Positions 61,588 to 64,000 of a DNA stretch of 64,000 nucleotides are shown one piece after another; positions within the stretch are counted from its first letter, which is position 1; each line of letters begins with the position of its first letter. Source of the DNA: Lama glama (Eukaryota); assembly GCA_028534125.1 (NCBI GenBank), contig CM052816.1, positions 96,412,001 through 96,476,000 on the forward strand, given 5' to 3'. A program made the position numbers and the translations under genes. The notes under the pieces were generated by a model. It was not told the DNA's origin. It did no database searches and saw nothing but the letters and a program-made list of their open reading frames with translations.

Positions 61588-64000
61588 ACTTGAGAAAGTC
61601 TACAGAAAAGGAGTTCAAGAGTATTTTTTTTTCCTGATGGGCTTTGGAGTAACTCTGATTATACCTAAAACTAACTTGTGTAGTCTTTAACAGGCAGATT
61701 GCCTTTAACGTAGGGAAAACTGTGACAGAAGGAAGACTGCATACAGCGCATGAAAGTTTCAGTCACTGTGTCTTACATGGTACAGTCTGATTCTGGCTCC
61801 CTCATGTTTGCACAACCCCAAATCTGAGCCTTTTGTTTTTGTTTTTGTTTATGTTTTTTTTAAAGAAATGCCACTCAAAAGTAAGTATCAAAGATCTAAT
61901 TAGAGGGGTCCACTCAGCCTCCTGCCACCCAGAGCCTTTTGTTACTAAAATCACAAGATGAGTGGATGATGAAAGAATTTCAAAATATCCTTCCATAATA
62001 GCAAATAACTCACTTTCTATGCAAAATATGAGTTATCGGAAGTTTATTTTAAACTATCTCCACTTCATTCCCTTAATGTTTGCTTCCCAGTGGCAGTCGG
62101 CAAAGATTCTGATTATTGCTCTCCTACCCAGGGTGAAGATGGGATGTTGCCAAGCCTCACACAGCAAGGCGGGGAAGAGATGCTGCTTGGATTAGCTCTC
62201 CATCCCACCCGCCCGTGGCCCTGGGCCTGCCCGATGGTCTCCAGAAGTCTGGACATTGTCAGGAATGTCACGCATGGAGTTAGTGCAATGAATTATCCAT
62301 TTATACCTCTTAGCCTCTGTATTCTGAGTTCGGAAGGGGAACCTGTTGTCATCCATTTACCTGGGAATGATTGTTGCTCCCACTCTTGTCCTGGTTGTCA
62401 TGGTACCCAGAGCTCACGGCAGCATCCAGATATGCAATAGCCTGCTCTTTGGTCCCCAGCTGCTTTGCCTGGGACAAAGTAATAGCTTATTTCCTGACTG
62501 ACACCTGAAAATCTATTTATGATTTATTCTCTCATGACTCATCTTCTGAAAGAGCTTGTCATTATTGACAGGGCGGTATTTGCCTTACATTCTTCAAATA
62601 ACTCACTCTGGGGCCACATCCCCCTGTGAGGCCCCCTGGGGCCCAGGTGATTGCGTGCCATTTCTCTTCGAGGGCCTTTTAACCCACACTATATTGGAAA
62701 TGTAAATCATCCTCCAGGGGACACTGACATCTATTTTGAGAGCTTCCTCACAGCTCAGGGATTGGAGTGTGGAGGAATCATCCAGAAAAAATAAAAAAGT
62801 TCCCCATGGAATTTGATTTCCAGTCCAATGTCTCAGTCTACAGATTCTATCAATTATTCAGCATTTATTCATCTTCTACCATGTGACCGTTCCGAGTCTC
62901 GCGTGCCTCGTTACGTGCTGGACACCCACAGTTAGATGAGGTCGGGTGGCCTTTTACTCAACCGGAGTGTGTAAACAGCTCTTTTAGATCATTCCTAGAA
63001 GAGAATACTAGAATTCATTTTACCCAAAATAATTATATTACTTGACTGTTTTTATCAATTAAGAGTTAATCATAGCTAAAAAGAAATTTAATTCTTGAAT
63101 TAAAGATTTTTCCATTTTCCCCAAATAATTGGTAGCACAAATTACCACTGAATGGCCAAATCAGCGGCTGCACTGATCCCAGATCCCAAGTCCAGTGGAC
63201 AAACGCCTTCCCCCCACCCCCTATACCCCTTTCCTTACACCCCCCAACGTCCCTTATACTTTGGCCATTATTTATTTCACAGTGGAACAGTACATGATTC
63301 AGAAAATCTCCTTGACACCATAGGAGGCAGCCCCACTTGGGAGACGTGTAAAAGCCCAACTTGTTACATAGATTGTGGCAACTCTGAACACCCTTCAGGG
63401 TATATTTCAGGGATTCCAAGCCAGGCTCTTGTTTGAATAAAAAATTGCTGGCTGGTGTGGGGAGCCTATCTCAACACAAGGCATTGATTCTGTCCTGTGA
63501 AGGTAAAGCCATCACTCATCCTGTCCTCCTTGGGCAGGAGACAATCACTTGATGAAGAGAATGGCCCGGCGTTATCAGGGGACAATGACCCAGGTTCGGC
63601 CACAATCACAAATGGACAAAGAGGTGATTTTCAGTATGTGTGGCATAACCGGTTTCATGACCATCTAGTTTTATGAAAATAAAATGTTACAATTTTGAAT
63701 TTGTGAAAAAACTTTATGACATTATTCATACTGTGAAAATATTCTAAGAGAGCGAGAGACTGAGGCTGATTTACCTTACAGTAATTAACTCCCCAGTACA
63801 ATGCACAATTTTATTGATTGTGATTATAACTGACTTCTTATGTGTAAACATTTTGATATCACGTGTCTCTGTGCCTTGCTCTTAAAAAGTCTGTTCTTTA
63901 ATGGATGATTCCTTTCAAACAAACTAAGATACTCATGTCTTTTTCCTGCACAGCGACACTTCTAAACACTCCAGTGTTGCTGAGGACATGAATCACTATG

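Noticed and set aside
58665..63794. Shared 13-mer TAATTAACTCCCC at 58665 and 63782
   Set aside because: Tens of chance 13-mer pairs are expected in 64 kb, and the match does not extend.
1..64000. CRISPR array, operon or other prokaryotic-type system
   Set aside because: There is no repeat-spacer periodicity and no gene-dense coding structure. The sequence is mammalian and repeat-rich, and the recurring similar segments are L1/MLT1 copies.

Overview
This window is eutherian mammal genomic DNA, intergenic or intronic in character. It is not prokaryotic, and I find no CRISPR array, operon, tRNA or rRNA. I recognise no protein-coding exon. Most ORF-track entries look like chance ORFs; the rest are decayed LINE-1 fragments, for example 15929-16114, 16388-16663, 4017-4304 and 26373-26624 (ORF2) and 47067-47360 (ORF1). 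Much of the window is transposon-derived: old and lineage-specific L1, L2, MIR, MLT1 MaLR LTRs, ERV1/ERVL solo LTRs and hAT elements (Charlie1, MER20). There is a 100-N assembly gap at 3839-3938. The youngest L1 3' ends look cetartiodactyl. I saw no Alu, B1, PRE1, Bov-tA or Can-SINE copies, which makes a camelid my best guess (inference). Repeat subfamily names come from recalled consensus sequences, not a database search, and boundaries without a target-site duplication (TSD) are approximate. The best observations are retrotransposition structures: (1) an L1 with both ends but two large internal losses, one resembling a splice junction (24073-27119); (2) an L1 with an apparent ~160-bp 3' transduction inside its TSD (24457-25285); (3) a younger L1 whose 5' truncation is nearly colinear with the older L1 it inserted into (15590-17089); and (4) a 3'UTR-like insert splitting an MLT1 LTR. 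Candidate regulatory sites include a CpG-rich segment at ~9.0-9.45 kb and a dense CRE cluster at ~32.45-32.55 kb. I cannot support a claim of a new biological system here.
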